Shown: positions 20,149 through 30,961 of the stretch, piece by piece
Layout of the letters: every line of letters starts with the position of its first letter
Position numbering within the stretch: the stretch's first letter is position 1
Assembly: GCA_963662545.2 (NCBI GenBank)
Contig: CAXXLL010000003.1
Span: 736,001 to 800,000, forward strand
DNA length: 64,000 bases
Direction: 5' to 3'
From: Gammaproteobacteria bacterium
Lineage (GTDB): Bacteria > Pseudomonadota > Gammaproteobacteria > Ga0077536
Notes under the pieces: generated by a model
What the model was told of the DNA's origin: nothing
Database searches by the model: none
Seen by the model: only the letters and a program-made list of their open reading frames with translations
Position numbers and translations under genes: made by a program

Positions 20149-21555
20149 ATGGAAGACCTCGCTATCACGCCTTGCCATACCCCGCCCGAGCTCCATCCCG
20201 AGCGGTTTCTCAACGACGCCCTGGAGGATTCGATCACCGCCCTCGCCGCCAACATCGCTGCCGCCACCTGGCAATTGCTCACGTTGATCGCGGAGTTCGA
20301 TCGCCGCGAAGTCTGGGGCAATCACGGCCTCAACTCTTGCGCGCACTGGCTCAACTGGCAATGCGGGATCGCACTCGGTGCGGCGCGTGAAAAGGTGCGC
20401 GTCGCGCGGGCACTGGAACACCTACCCCTTATCAGCGCCGCATTTGCAGCAGGCGTTGTGAGCTATTCCAAAGTGCGGGCCATGACCCGTGTAGCAACAC
20501 CCGAGAACGAGGACACCCTCTTGATGATCGCGCGCCACGGCACCGCGATGCATGTCGAGCAGACGGTCCGCGCCTACCGGCAGGTGCAGCGAATCGAAGA
20601 AACCGAGAAGGCGAACGGTGCACACAGGGCGCGCAGCCTGGACTGGTATTACGACGATGACGGTATGCTGGTCATTCAAGCGCGCTTGCCGGCCGAGACC
20701 GGCGCAATGCTGCTTAAGGCCCTGGCCGCGGCGGCGGACGATCTCGCGGCCGATGACGTGCCCACCGGGCAGATCAAAGAAACTGCCGTCGATGCCGACG
20801 TTCCCGCGGGAACGTCGGCACGCGCAGCGCATCCGGCGGCTGTACGGCGTGCCGATGCACTGTGTCTTCTGGGCGAGCAGTTCCTGGCGCATGGCGCGGT
20901 GACATCGAGGCAAACCGACCGCCATCAAATCGTCGTACACGTCGATCGGGACACCTTACGTGCCGCTGACCGCACGGCACGCTGCGAAATCGAGCATGGC
21001 CCGGCCCTGGCTGCGGAGACCGCCCGGCGGCTCGCCTGCGACGCCGGGATCGTCCAGATCGAAGAGGACGCCGACGGCCAACCGCTCGCCATCGGCCGCA
21101 AGACTCGCGCCGTGCCTTCCGCAATCCGCCGGGCACTCGAAGCGCGCGACCGCGGCTGCCGGTTTCCCGGTTGTACTCGCCACCGCACCGTCGATTCGCA
21201 CCATATCCGGCACTGGGCGGACGGCGGCGAGACCAGCGTTCAGAACCTTGTACTGCTGTGCCGACATCATCACCAACTGGTGCATGAAGGCGGCTTTTCA
21301 CTCGAACGGCGCGACGACGGCAAGCTTTTATTCCTGCGTCCCGATGGCTTGCCGCTCCCCGAGGTGCCGGCGCCAACGCCTGCGACCGAAGACCTTGCCG
21401 AATGGGTGCGGGCGAGCGGTCTTCACGTCTCCGCGGAGACGTGTGTACCAAACTGGCGTGGCGAGCGATTGGATCTTGATCATGCGGTGCTGGGCTTGTT
21501 GCAAAGTGACGGGCGGATGAATAACACGCGCATGCGCTTGAGCTCTGGATCGTAA
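20149..21555 (+). CDS. DUF222 domain + HNH endonuclease (13E12-repeat family)
   Basis: AHWLNWQCG..AAREKVRVARAL, ARRLACD, RRALEARDRGCRFPGC...HHIRHWADGGETSVQNLVLLCRHHHQLVHEGG. Confidence 0.92.
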   Translation: MEDLAITPCHTPPELHPERFLNDALEDSITALAANIAAATWQLLTLIAEFDRREVWGNHGLNSCAHWLNWQCGIALGAAREKVRVARALEHLPLISAAFAAGVVSYSKVRAMTRVATPENEDTLLMIARHGTAMHVEQTVRAYRQVQRIEETEKANGAHRARSLDWYYDDDGMLVIQARLPAETGAMLLKALAAAADDLAADDVPTGQIKETAVDADVPAGTSARAAHPAAVRRADALCLLGEQFLAHGAVTSRQTDRHQIVVHVDRDTLRAADRTARCEIEHGPALAAETARRLACDAGIVQIEEDADGQPLAIGRKTRAVPSAIRRALEARDRGCRFPGCTRHRTVDSHHIRHWADGGETSVQNLVLLCRHHHQLVHEGGFSLERRDDGKLLFLRPDGLPLPEVPAPTPATEDLAEWVRASGLHVSAETCVPNWRGERLDLDHAVLGLLQSDGRMNNTRMRLSSGS

Positions 21556-21705
21556 TCATCCTTTTCGTTAAATTTTATCGCTCCGAAATATGCTCCGGCA
21601 TTTTTTGTGAGCATGGAACGCCGCGCTCTCAAGAGTGATCCGCTAACTCACGAGTAGCACTTCCCGGACGCGATAGGCTTGTGCGTTGGTAACCTATCGA
21701 AATAT

Positions 21706-21781
21706 TGGGGCCGGCTGTCCGACTCGAACGGACGACCTGATGCTTACAAAGCAACTGCTCTACCAACTGAGCTAAGCCGGC
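21706..21781 (-). tRNA. tRNA-Thr (anticodon TGT)
   Basis: Reverse complement GCCGGCTTAGCTCAGTTGGTAGAGCAGTTGCTT-TGT-AAGCATCAGGTCGTCCGTTCGAGTCGGACAGCCGGCCCCA; 76 nt, encoded CCA. Confidence 0.97.
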
Positions 21782-21862
21782 GTCGTTGTTTAGTGATCTC
21801 CTACGGATATCGAGCCCGCGCACGATTAGGGGCCAGATTCTGCCATCCCGATCGCCTTCATG

Positions 21863-22621
21863 CTAATTCGTTGCAGTCGGATCATCGGCGGCGATGTCTG
21901 AATCACTTTCTGCACTCACCTGCACGAGCTCAACGCATTCAATTTCTGCAAGCCCGGCCGCGCTCAGCAACTCGTCAGGTATCTCGGGCAGGGTTTCGGA
22001 GTCGGCTGCAAGCTGGGCAGTGACCCAGTATCGATCGGTCGTTTCGTAGCGGGGGACGACCACCGGTTGATAGCCCTGTTCGTTGAGTTCAGCGAGGCGT
22101 CGGTTGACCGAATCCTGGGAACTGAACAGACCGAGTGAAATAGCGTTCTTGAGGCCGCCGCGCCGTATCATCATGTAATCCTGCACGCCGCGGCGGCGCA
22201 GGTCGGCCATGCGCTGCTCCGCCTCTACATCCGACTTCGGTTCGAGGTAGATCCAAAAAAGCTGCCGTTTGCGGATGGTTTCGACGCGGAAATGGAGGGC
22301 CGCGACGAATTCCCCTACCCAATCCGTGAAACCCTCGCGCGCGAATTCGTTGCTGAATGGTCCGACTTCGATGCAGAGATCAGCCGCTTCGACGTCCGCC
22401 TTGACTTGCGATTCGCTAGTCACGGCCGGGGCCGGTTCCGTCCCCGGAACCTTGAGCTGCGCCAGCACATCCAATTCCGACAACAGTACGAGTTTCGGGG
22501 TTCCTGCAGGCATCGGCGGCCGCTCGATTAGTTCCCGTGTAGCTTCTTCGACGCGCAGGTTGTACTGCCAGGCAAACAAGACGACGTTCAACAACAGAAA
22601 GACGATGCCAAACAGCTTCAT
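21863..22621 (-). CDS. SPOR domain-containing membrane protein
   Basis: N-terminal TM; C..VGPF and NAISLGLFS motifs; conserved position after coaX. Confidence 0.85.
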   Translation of the reverse strand: MKLFGIVFLLLNVVLFAWQYNLRVEEATRELIERPPMPAGTPKLVLLSELDVLAQLKVPGTEPAPAVTSESQVKADVEAADLCIEVGPFSNEFAREGFTDWVGEFVAALHFRVETIRKRQLFWIYLEPKSDVEAEQRMADLRRRGVQDYMMIRRGGLKNAISLGLFSSQDSVNRRLAELNEQGYQPVVVPRYETTDRYWVTAQLAADSETLPEIPDELLSAAGLAEIECVELVQVSAESDSDIAADDPTATN

Positions 22622-23361
22622 CGGCAGGTCTCGCCGAAAATTGCGAGCCCGCGCAAAACGAGGCTAGGCTCGTACACATGCTGCATCGGCAGCATCGCGC
22701 GTACCGCCCCGGCCCCGCCGCCCGTCAGATACCAGGTGAACGTCGTGCCGGACGCCAGTTGTTCGAGACGACTGGCGACTTCGACCAACAGCCCGCGCAC
22801 GGCGAAGTGGCATCCAAGCGAGATCGCGTCTGGTGTATTCGTCGCAAAGCCCCGCGCCGGTTCGACGCCGTCGCTGGCGAGCTGTGCGGTACCACGGGTC
22901 AGGCTACCGCTCATCAAATCCGCTCCCGGCGCGATCAGCCCGCCGCAGTGCACGCCTTCTTGGTCGACGACATCCACGGTCAGGGCGGTGCCGGCGTCCA
23001 CTACGCATACGGCAGCGCGGCACGCATGATAGGCCGCCAACGCCGCGAGCCACCGGTCAGCGCCGAGCTGCGCGGGATCGGTGTAGCGAGTCTGCAGGCC
23101 CGCAAACTCGAGGCGAGGATGAACGAATTCGGGTTCCACCTGCCAGCGTTCAAACGCCAGCCGTTCGAAGGCACCCGCGATGTCCGGGCCCGCGACATTG
23201 CTGACGAGAATTCGCCGGAGTGGCGCCGTCGATGCGATTTTCTCCTGCCACGCTTCGATCGGCGGCGCCGCCGTCGTCGCGACGGCTGGTAATTCGACCA
23301 GCCGGCCCTCCTCGGCATAGGCGGCTTTGATCCTGGAATTGCCAATGTCGATCAGCAACAA
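22618..23361 (-). CDS. coaX: Type III pantothenate kinase
   Basis: LLIDIGNSRIK, LGADRW, VVDAGTALTVD, GGLIAPG, LTGGG; probable TTG start just after the birA stop. Confidence 0.95.
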   Translation of the reverse strand: MLLIDIGNSRIKAAYAEEGRLVELPAVATTAAPPIEAWQEKIASTAPLRRILVSNVAGPDIAGAFERLAFERWQVEPEFVHPRLEFAGLQTRYTDPAQLGADRWLAALAAYHACRAAVCVVDAGTALTVDVVDQEGVHCGGLIAPGADLMSGSLTRGTAQLASDGVEPARGFATNTPDAISLGCHFAVRGLLVEVASRLEQLASGTTFTWYLTGGGAGAVRAMLPMQHVYEPSLVLRGLAIFGETCR

Positions 23362-23365
23362 GAGC

Positions 23366-24334
23366 TTAGCCCTGGCGCAGGTGACCGGACATGAATTTTT
23401 CACGGCGGCCGCTGTGCTCGATGATCAACGCGCCGTTCTCGTCGACGCCCCGTGCGATTCCCTCGACCACGCGTCCAGCCAGATCGAGGCGCACCGGTGC
23501 GTCCGCGAGGACGTCGAATTGCCGCCATTCGGGCCAAAACCCGGCGAAACCCTGGCGAGAAAACAGGGAGAGTTTGCAGCTTAGACTGTTCAAAAGAGTC
23601 GCTGCGATCGCGTTGCGCGAGATCGCATGTCCCGCTGCCGACTCCAGATCCGACGACGGTTGCTCGATACGCCCCCGCGTCTGTCGCGACAGGCGGATAT
23701 TGATGCCGAGACCGATCACCGTCGTGCAAGGTCCGCCGGACTCGGAACGCATTTCGATCAAGATGCCGCCCAGTTTGCAGCCATCGCGGACGATGTCATT
23801 CGGCCATTTCAGCATCGTCCGCGTTATGCCTTCGGCAGCCAGGCCGCTGACGATGGCGAGTCCGACGACGAGGCTTAAGGCCGAAAACGTCGTGGGCGGG
23901 GAATCGAAGCACCAACCGAGCGACATGCACAAGCCGCTGCCGGGCGGTGCGATCCATCGATCACCGTGCCGTCCCCGGCCCGCGGTCTGGTATTCCGCCA
24001 GCAGGACACGACCGTGGATGTCGTCGTTGGGAAGCGCCGCCAGCAGCCGTTCGTTGGTCGAATCGGTAACTGCAACGGCTTCGAGCGCGGTGATGCTGCT
24101 GCAGTTCAATTGCTGCAAGCGACGGTGGATTTCGGCGGTGTCCAAGGCCTCGAATCCGCCTTCGAGTACGTAGCCGCGACCGCGTGTAGCCCGCACCTCG
24201 ATGCCTTCTTTGCGCAGGCGGTCGATGTGATTCCAGACCGCTGCGCGCGAGACACCCAGCCGCCGCGCGAGATCCGCGCCCGAATGCTCGGCGCCGTCAT
24301 GCAGCAAGGCCAGCAGCTCTAGCGATTTGCGCAT
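23366..24334 (-). CDS. birA: Bifunctional biotin-[ACC] ligase/repressor
   Basis: N-terminal HTH (HSGADLARRLGVSRAAVW), DSTN, QTAGRGR, KWPND, KLGGILIE. Confidence 0.97.
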   Translation of the reverse strand: MRKSLELLALLHDGAEHSGADLARRLGVSRAAVWNHIDRLRKEGIEVRATRGRGYVLEGGFEALDTAEIHRRLQQLNCSSITALEAVAVTDSTNERLLAALPNDDIHGRVLLAEYQTAGRGRHGDRWIAPPGSGLCMSLGWCFDSPPTTFSALSLVVGLAIVSGLAAEGITRTMLKWPNDIVRDGCKLGGILIEMRSESGGPCTTVIGLGINIRLSRQTRGRIEQPSSDLESAAGHAISRNAIAATLLNSLSCKLSLFSRQGFAGFWPEWRQFDVLADAPVRLDLAGRVVEGIARGVDENGALIIEHSGRREKFMSGHLRQG

Positions 24335-24406
24335 GATTCGAATGGCGGCACCGTCAATGCCATTTGCGGTTTCGGCGTGTCTGCCGAAGCATTTCCCGAT
24401 CCAGGA

Positions 24407-26620
24407 TCAGCTTCCGAATACGGTGGGTCCTTCGGCGTCGTCGTCCGGACTGTCATCGTCTTCGGCATCGTCGGGTTTAACCGCGGGCAGCGTCCCTTCG
24501 GCCGTGATATCAAACACATCATCGATGGCCGGCGCCTCAGTGACCTGCTCCGGCAATAAAGTCGCGTCTTCGCTGTCCGTTTCTTCAAAATCGACGAGCG
24601 GCGTTTCGAAGGAATCGGTGCGCATGAATTCATCGAGGCTGATGTCGGAAGTTGCTTCGAGTGTTTCATTTTCGTCGCCGGTGAGAGAAGCGGGTAGCAG
24701 GGTCTCCGATTCGCGAAAATCTGCCTCGTCTCCGTCGCCGCTGAGCGAAGCGGGAAGCAAGGTTTCAGTTTCGCTGAGCTCTGCCTCGCCGCCGCCGATA
24801 CCCGGCTCCGTCAGCGGCGCCGGACCGTCATCGTCTTCAAAGCCGCTCATATCTTCGTCGTCCACCGGCCCCGGAATGAGACTGTCTTCGCCGAAAAAAG
24901 CCGACGCCTCGGCATCGAACGCGTCATCCGCTGGTCCGTCCGCTTCATAGCTTGGCGCAACGGTGACAAACTCAGGCCCTTCCTCGGCATCGCTGGGGTC
25001 GGTATCGACAAGAGCGGTTTGCGCTTCCGAATCGATCTCGACCGCTTCTACTTCGGCGGCCTGCGCGTCGCGGTGCCTGGCGGACAGCGCGGTTTCGGCT
25101 TCGTCATCGAAAATGTCGGCCTCGGGGTCCGGCGCCGCGGCGCCGGCAGTCAGGTCGATCACGTCGTCGGAGGGCTGTTCCTGCTCGATCACCTCGCCGA
25201 TCATGGTGGCTTCCAAGTCGTCGGGATCGGCGAATACCGTATGCCCCGCATCCTCCAATTCCGGCATGCTGAATTCGAACTCGTATTTATGAAATTTAAT
25301 ACGGTCGCCGTGTTTCAATTGCCGTTCGCCTTCAATACGTTCACCGTTCACGAACGTGCCGTTGACGCTGCCTTGTTCGATCAACCAGAACGAAAAATCG
25401 CGATACTGGATGATCGCGTGACGCCGCCCTACGGTGCCCTTATTGATGACGAAATAATCGAGGTTGGCCGGATCGTTACCGGCGACTCGGCAGATCATGA
25501 GGGCCTTGGTCCCGATCTGGACCGCCGGTTCATCGCTGATGCCGTGGATATCTTTGATGAATGCATCGGGCACCAACACCGGCTCCGCTTGCTGAGATGC
25601 CGGGGCACCCGCTACGCCGCGTCGCTTGCGGATCACCACGACAACGACTACGACGATACCGAGAAGCACAAGCGCAGCCAGCCCAAATACCAGGATCACC
25701 CCGAGCACGCCGTCTTCGGATACGGCCTGGTCCGCAGGTATGATTATCGCGGTCCCTTCCGGGGCCAGCGTCATTTCGGTGCATAGTTGCTCGGCCGCAA
25801 TGCCGACTTCGGCGGCCATCTGCTCGAATGCCACCCGTTCGTCCGGAACGAGACTGGCCATGCACTGACCCAATGCCGCAGAACCGGTAGTGGCGCTCGG
25901 GGTCGGTGCGGGAACCGGCGGCGGCGCTTCGAGTATTTCGTTGACCTTGGCGAAAACACCGGCGAGATCCTCCGGCGTCAACGCGCGAAAGTACGCGCCG
26001 TCGGTTTGCTTTGCGAGCGATTGAATCAGGAAAAAATCGGCGTTTTCGGTAAATGCGATGCCGAATACTTTGATGCCGCTGTCCGCCGCATCCGCCGCCA
26101 GCTCTTCGCGCATCCACTTGGCCTTTTCGCTGTCGACTTCCGGCTTGCCGGTGTCGACGATGCCGTCGGTCATGAAAATAATGACTTTGACCACGTCGTC
26201 ACGGGCATTGGCTTTGAGTTCGTAAATGGCGCGCTCGATGGCGGCCGGGCTGTCGGTAAACTTGCCGCGGTAATCGATGTCGTCAAGAGCGCGTTGGATA
26301 GCGGTGCGAGTGTTGACCGTCAACTCGGTCAAGGGCACCGAATATTTGACCTTCTCATCGAAAATCAAAATGCCGACGCGGGTTTCCTGATCCAGGTCGG
26401 AGACGAATTTACTGACCGCTCGTTTGGCCAGGAAATCGGGATCGTTTTTACGCATGCTGCCGGAATTGTCGAGCACCAGAATGGCATCCGTCGGCACGGC
26501 GGCAAGCGCGGCTGGCGCGAGCGCAAATCCGGTCAGGCAGCCGAACGCCGCCAGCACCGCGACCATGCAAGACCGCAGCGATCCCGACAAGCTGCGGCGT
26601 TTACTCCTCAATACGATCAT
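24407..26620 (-). CDS. Signal peptide-vWA-TM-FHA protein with a long acidic tail
   Basis: vWA LDNSGSM / FMTDG; central TM; FHA-like RRHA...GSVNGTFVNG..LKHGDRI; very D/E-rich C-terminus. Confidence 0.85.
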   Translation of the reverse strand: MIVLRSKRRSLSGSLRSCMVAVLAAFGCLTGFALAPAALAAVPTDAILVLDNSGSMRKNDPDFLAKRAVSKFVSDLDQETRVGILIFDEKVKYSVPLTELTVNTRTAIQRALDDIDYRGKFTDSPAAIERAIYELKANARDDVVKVIIFMTDGIVDTGKPEVDSEKAKWMREELAADAADSGIKVFGIAFTENADFFLIQSLAKQTDGAYFRALTPEDLAGVFAKVNEILEAPPPVPAPTPSATTGSAALGQCMASLVPDERVAFEQMAAEVGIAAEQLCTEMTLAPEGTAIIIPADQAVSEDGVLGVILVFGLAALVLLGIVVVVVVVIRKRRGVAGAPASQQAEPVLVPDAFIKDIHGISDEPAVQIGTKALMICRVAGNDPANLDYFVINKGTVGRRHAIIQYRDFSFWLIEQGSVNGTFVNGERIEGERQLKHGDRIKFHKYEFEFSMPELEDAGHTVFADPDDLEATMIGEVIEQEQPSDDVIDLTAGAAAPDPEADIFDDEAETALSARHRDAQAAEVEAVEIDSEAQTALVDTDPSDAEEGPEFVTVAPSYEADGPADDAFDAEASAFFGEDSLIPGPVDDEDMSGFEDDDGPAPLTEPGIGGGEAELSETETLLPASLSGDGDEADFRESETLLPASLTGDENETLEATSDISLDEFMRTDSFETPLVDFEETDSEDATLLPEQVTEAPAIDDVFDITAEGTLPAVKPDDAEDDDSPDDDAEGPTVFGS

Positions 26621-26903
26621 CTTCCCGCTTCTCCACCCGTCGCGGCTGGCCGCGCTCTATAATAATGCGCCGTATCCGCACGCGGAAGGATACCAAGACT
26701 CTCACGAAATTGTTGGCGCAAACGCTTGCGATCACGGAATTTTCCGTCGGAGCCGATGTTAATCTGCCAGCCGTGGTTGAAGGCGCCGGAAATATGCCCA
26801 GTCGGCGGTTCGACGCGATCGGTTGCGCGGCGATCCGAGGTTCCCCCTGGCAACTGTGCCAAGATTCCAATCGATGTTCGAACACGAACCGGTGAGATGC
26901 GAA

Positions 26904-27989
26904 ATGCGTGAACTGGTCCTGGCGCTCATTTTCACCACGACTTTATCCGGCTGTTCGACAATGGCGTATTACCGTCATGCCTTGACCGGACAGTTTGAGA
27001 TATGGCGCAATCAGGAACCGATCGAGGTACTCCTCGAGCGCGACACCCTGTCGCCCGCACTGCGCGAAAAATTGAACTACGCGGTGAATGCTCGCGATTT
27101 TGCCTTCGAACGACTCGCGCTGCCTGATAATGGCAGCTATCGAGACTATGTCGATCTGAAGCGTGATTTCGTCGTCTGGAACGTATTCGCAACCCCAGAG
27201 CTGTCACTCACACCGGTCCAATGGTGCTATCCATTCGCCGGGTGCTTCGGATACCGCGGGTTTTTCGATGAAGACCTCGCAATGCGACGCGCGGAGGCCC
27301 TGGAAACGGAAGGATTCGAAGTTTATATAGGCGGCGTATCCGCATATTCCACCCTGGGCTGGCTCGACGACCCGGTGTTGAGTTCCATCCTGAATCGGGA
27401 GAAACCGCGTATTGCCGAGATCATTTTTCATGAACTCGCGCACCAAAGGCTTTATGTCAAGGACGATACGACTTTCAACGAAAGTTTTGCGCTAGCCGTA
27501 GCTACGGCGGGATTACGATTGTGGATCCCGGCCCAGAACGGGAACTTGGCAGAATTTACGGAGGATCAACAGCGCGAACGCGAATTCATTACGCTCATCC
27601 TGCGGTTCCGGGAGAAGCTTGAAACTCTATATTCGAGCGACGAACCCGACGACAAAAAACGCAAGATCAAACGCGTAGTATTCACTGATCTTATCGCGGA
27701 ATATCGATCACTTAAGGCAACGTGGAACGGCGATTCATCGTATGACGAATGGGTGGGGACCGATCTGAACAACGCCAAAATCGCTTCCATTTCGACCTAT
27801 CACAATCATGCCAATGCGTTCATGTCTATACTTGAACGATACGATTATGACTTCACCGCTTTTTACACCGCAGTTGAAAATCTCGCGGCCTTCGAACCAT
27901 CGGAGCGCACGGCATGCTTGAGTGCGCTGACCAAGGGCATGCATATACAACCAGCATGCTCGATGGTAGTCGGGCTCGCGCAACCTTAA
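26904..27989 (+). CDS. Putative zinc aminopeptidase lipoprotein
   Basis: Lipobox LSGC; WCYPFAGCFGYRGFF, AYSTLGW, IFHELAHQ, FNESFA motifs. Confidence 0.88.
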   Translation: MRELVLALIFTTTLSGCSTMAYYRHALTGQFEIWRNQEPIEVLLERDTLSPALREKLNYAVNARDFAFERLALPDNGSYRDYVDLKRDFVVWNVFATPELSLTPVQWCYPFAGCFGYRGFFDEDLAMRRAEALETEGFEVYIGGVSAYSTLGWLDDPVLSSILNREKPRIAEIIFHELAHQRLYVKDDTTFNESFALAVATAGLRLWIPAQNGNLAEFTEDQQREREFITLILRFREKLETLYSSDEPDDKKRKIKRVVFTDLIAEYRSLKATWNGDSSYDEWVGTDLNNAKIASISTYHNHANAFMSILERYDYDFTAFYTAVENLAAFEPSERTACLSALTKGMHIQPACSMVVGLAQP

Positions 27990-28039
27990 CCGGTGTTTCG
28001 CTAAGGGCCTGCATCCGATCGATACTCAACGCCTTGTTG

Positions 28040-28636
28040 ATGATGATCGCGTGGACCGGTTTCACCGGATCCTATGCGGCGGACATGTACGCGCCTGCGC
28101 AACCGGTAGATCGTGGCTCGATACTCGTCGCCAGCGATTCGCTGCTCGACCCGCGCTTTGCCCGCTCCGTCGTGTTGATCACCGACTACGGCGTAGACGG
28201 AGCCGTCGGCGTGATCCTCAATCGCCCTACCCTTATTCGCGTGGTGGACGCGATCCCGGTGTTGGACAAGCTTTTGCATCACCCCGACAAGACCATGTAT
28301 TTCGGCGGTCCCGTGGCCCCCAATACCGCACGAGTGCTGATCGCCGCCGGGGAAGCGCTGCTTGGCGCAACGCGGATTGTCGACGGGGTTTACGGAATGG
28401 ACCGCATGTCCGTCCTCCTGCCGTATTTCGAGGAAGAGGAGTTCGCCCCTCGCACGAGGTTCTACGGCGGCTACGCCGGGTGGGGCGCCGGTCAACTGCA
28501 GCAAGAGATCCAGCGCGGCGACTGGATCGTCATCGAAGGCGACGCGACTACGATTTTCAGCGATACCGTGGACACGCTCTGGAAAGACCTGAGCGCGCGT
28601 TTTTCGGGCTTATGGGTACTGCTGGAAGCGTTGTAG
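28040..28636 (+). CDS. YqgE/AlgH family protein
   Basis: DPRFARSVVLI, GAVGVILNRP, FGGPV, GYAGWGAGQLQQEI; start uncertain. Confidence 0.88.
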   Translation: MMIAWTGFTGSYAADMYAPAQPVDRGSILVASDSLLDPRFARSVVLITDYGVDGAVGVILNRPTLIRVVDAIPVLDKLLHHPDKTMYFGGPVAPNTARVLIAAGEALLGATRIVDGVYGMDRMSVLLPYFEEEEFAPRTRFYGGYAGWGAGQLQQEIQRGDWIVIEGDATTIFSDTVDTLWKDLSARFSGLWVLLEAL

Positions 28637-28849
28637 CGGCCGAACTGCAAAGCCTGGTGGGCTTTCAAACTTGTCTTGGCACGGTCCTGGAATGTATGTG
28701 AAGATCGTCACGGTTCGGGCACCGGATTGGCGTACTAGGAGCCCCGCCAACCTATAATCCAGGCGAGAAGGGGTCTGCCCCGCAATCCACCCTCTGGGGG
28801 GCCTATCTCGGGCACGTGGCAATCGTTACAACAATGAAGATCACTAGAC

Positions 28850-29767
28850 ATGCTCGAAAAGCTTTTTAGCAAAGCGTTGTCGCTCAATATCAGCGGCACA
28901 GATATATCGTTCAACACATTGGCGGAATTTGAGTTTGCGCTGGGCGGGCGAACCAACGTGCCTGCCAGCAAAATGACCGACCTCATCCTGCTGTCCCCGG
29001 GCGCGTTGAAGCACGAAGCGAAAAGTATCAAGTCCGTCGAAAAGCGGTTCGTAGACATTCTCTCCCGTTCCATCGAGCAGCCCGGTGAAATCGGAAAGCT
29101 CGTGCGGGACGTCGACATCCAGGTTTTCTCTAACGACTACGAGTGGCGGAATATCTTCAAGGCCTTGAACCAGCAGGACGAAGAATATGATGAGTTACGC
29201 CGCGTGGCAGTCGTCAAATACATGCAATACCTTCGCTCCCGCCAGGACGTTATAAAGCAGACTTATAAAGTCAAACTGAAAGAATCCAAAAAAGGTGCCG
29301 AGGAAAATAGCGGTGATTCGAATGAGGTGGGGGAATCGACGTCCCCGATGGAAGACACCAAGGATTTCCTGAAAGAAACGAACATCTTTGATTCGATCTC
29401 CATTGAAACGCCGCTGGACCTGTCAGAGGCATCGTTTACACGACTGCCGAAGGGTGAAGCGATCCACATCAAGCCCTACGAGGGCGTCGACTTCGACATG
29501 AAGTTATCAAAACACCATTTCATTTTTCGCAACGGGGAGTCAATGGAGATCGTGGACGAACATGGGGAGGCTCACCAGCTCAATGCCGGCAAAAATATTG
29601 TCGGCCGTGATTCTGTCTGCAACGTGGTGGTCGACAACTCGCTGCGTGACGTTTCCCGAATGCACCTCATCATCGAACCGCTCGATGATGGCATGATCAG
29701 ATTTACGGACTTGTCGTCACACGGAACTTTTCTGCCGTCGGGACTGGTTCCGAGTGTCGAAGACTAG
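28850..29767 (+). CDS. FHA domain-containing protein
   Basis: C-terminal VGRD...VSRMHL...DLSSHGTF canonical FHA motifs. Confidence 0.85.
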   Translation: MLEKLFSKALSLNISGTDISFNTLAEFEFALGGRTNVPASKMTDLILLSPGALKHEAKSIKSVEKRFVDILSRSIEQPGEIGKLVRDVDIQVFSNDYEWRNIFKALNQQDEEYDELRRVAVVKYMQYLRSRQDVIKQTYKVKLKESKKGAEENSGDSNEVGESTSPMEDTKDFLKETNIFDSISIETPLDLSEASFTRLPKGEAIHIKPYEGVDFDMKLSKHHFIFRNGESMEIVDEHGEAHQLNAGKNIVGRDSVCNVVVDNSLRDVSRMHLIIEPLDDGMIRFTDLSSHGTFLPSGLVPSVED

Positions 29768-29798
29768 GAGCCTATATTGTCATAAAGGCGCCGGCCCC

Positions 29799-30818
<1,020 letters not shown>

Positions 30819-30905
30819 TTATTCAATAGAATAATCTGGCGAGTCGCCGGCGCCGGCAACCATCACCCAGAGCATGGTGTAGCGGGATTAGCGGGGATTG
30901 TGGTG

Positions 30906-30941
30906 ACTGAAGCCCGAACCGCATCGCGTCCGGGCTTCAGT
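30906..30941. terminator. Stem-loop downstream of the YdcH gene (possible terminator)
   Basis: actgaagcccg ... cgggcttcagt 11-bp inverted repeat; no clear U-tract. Confidence 0.45.
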
Positions 30942-30961
30942 GGATGAAAACGTTCGCTGGG

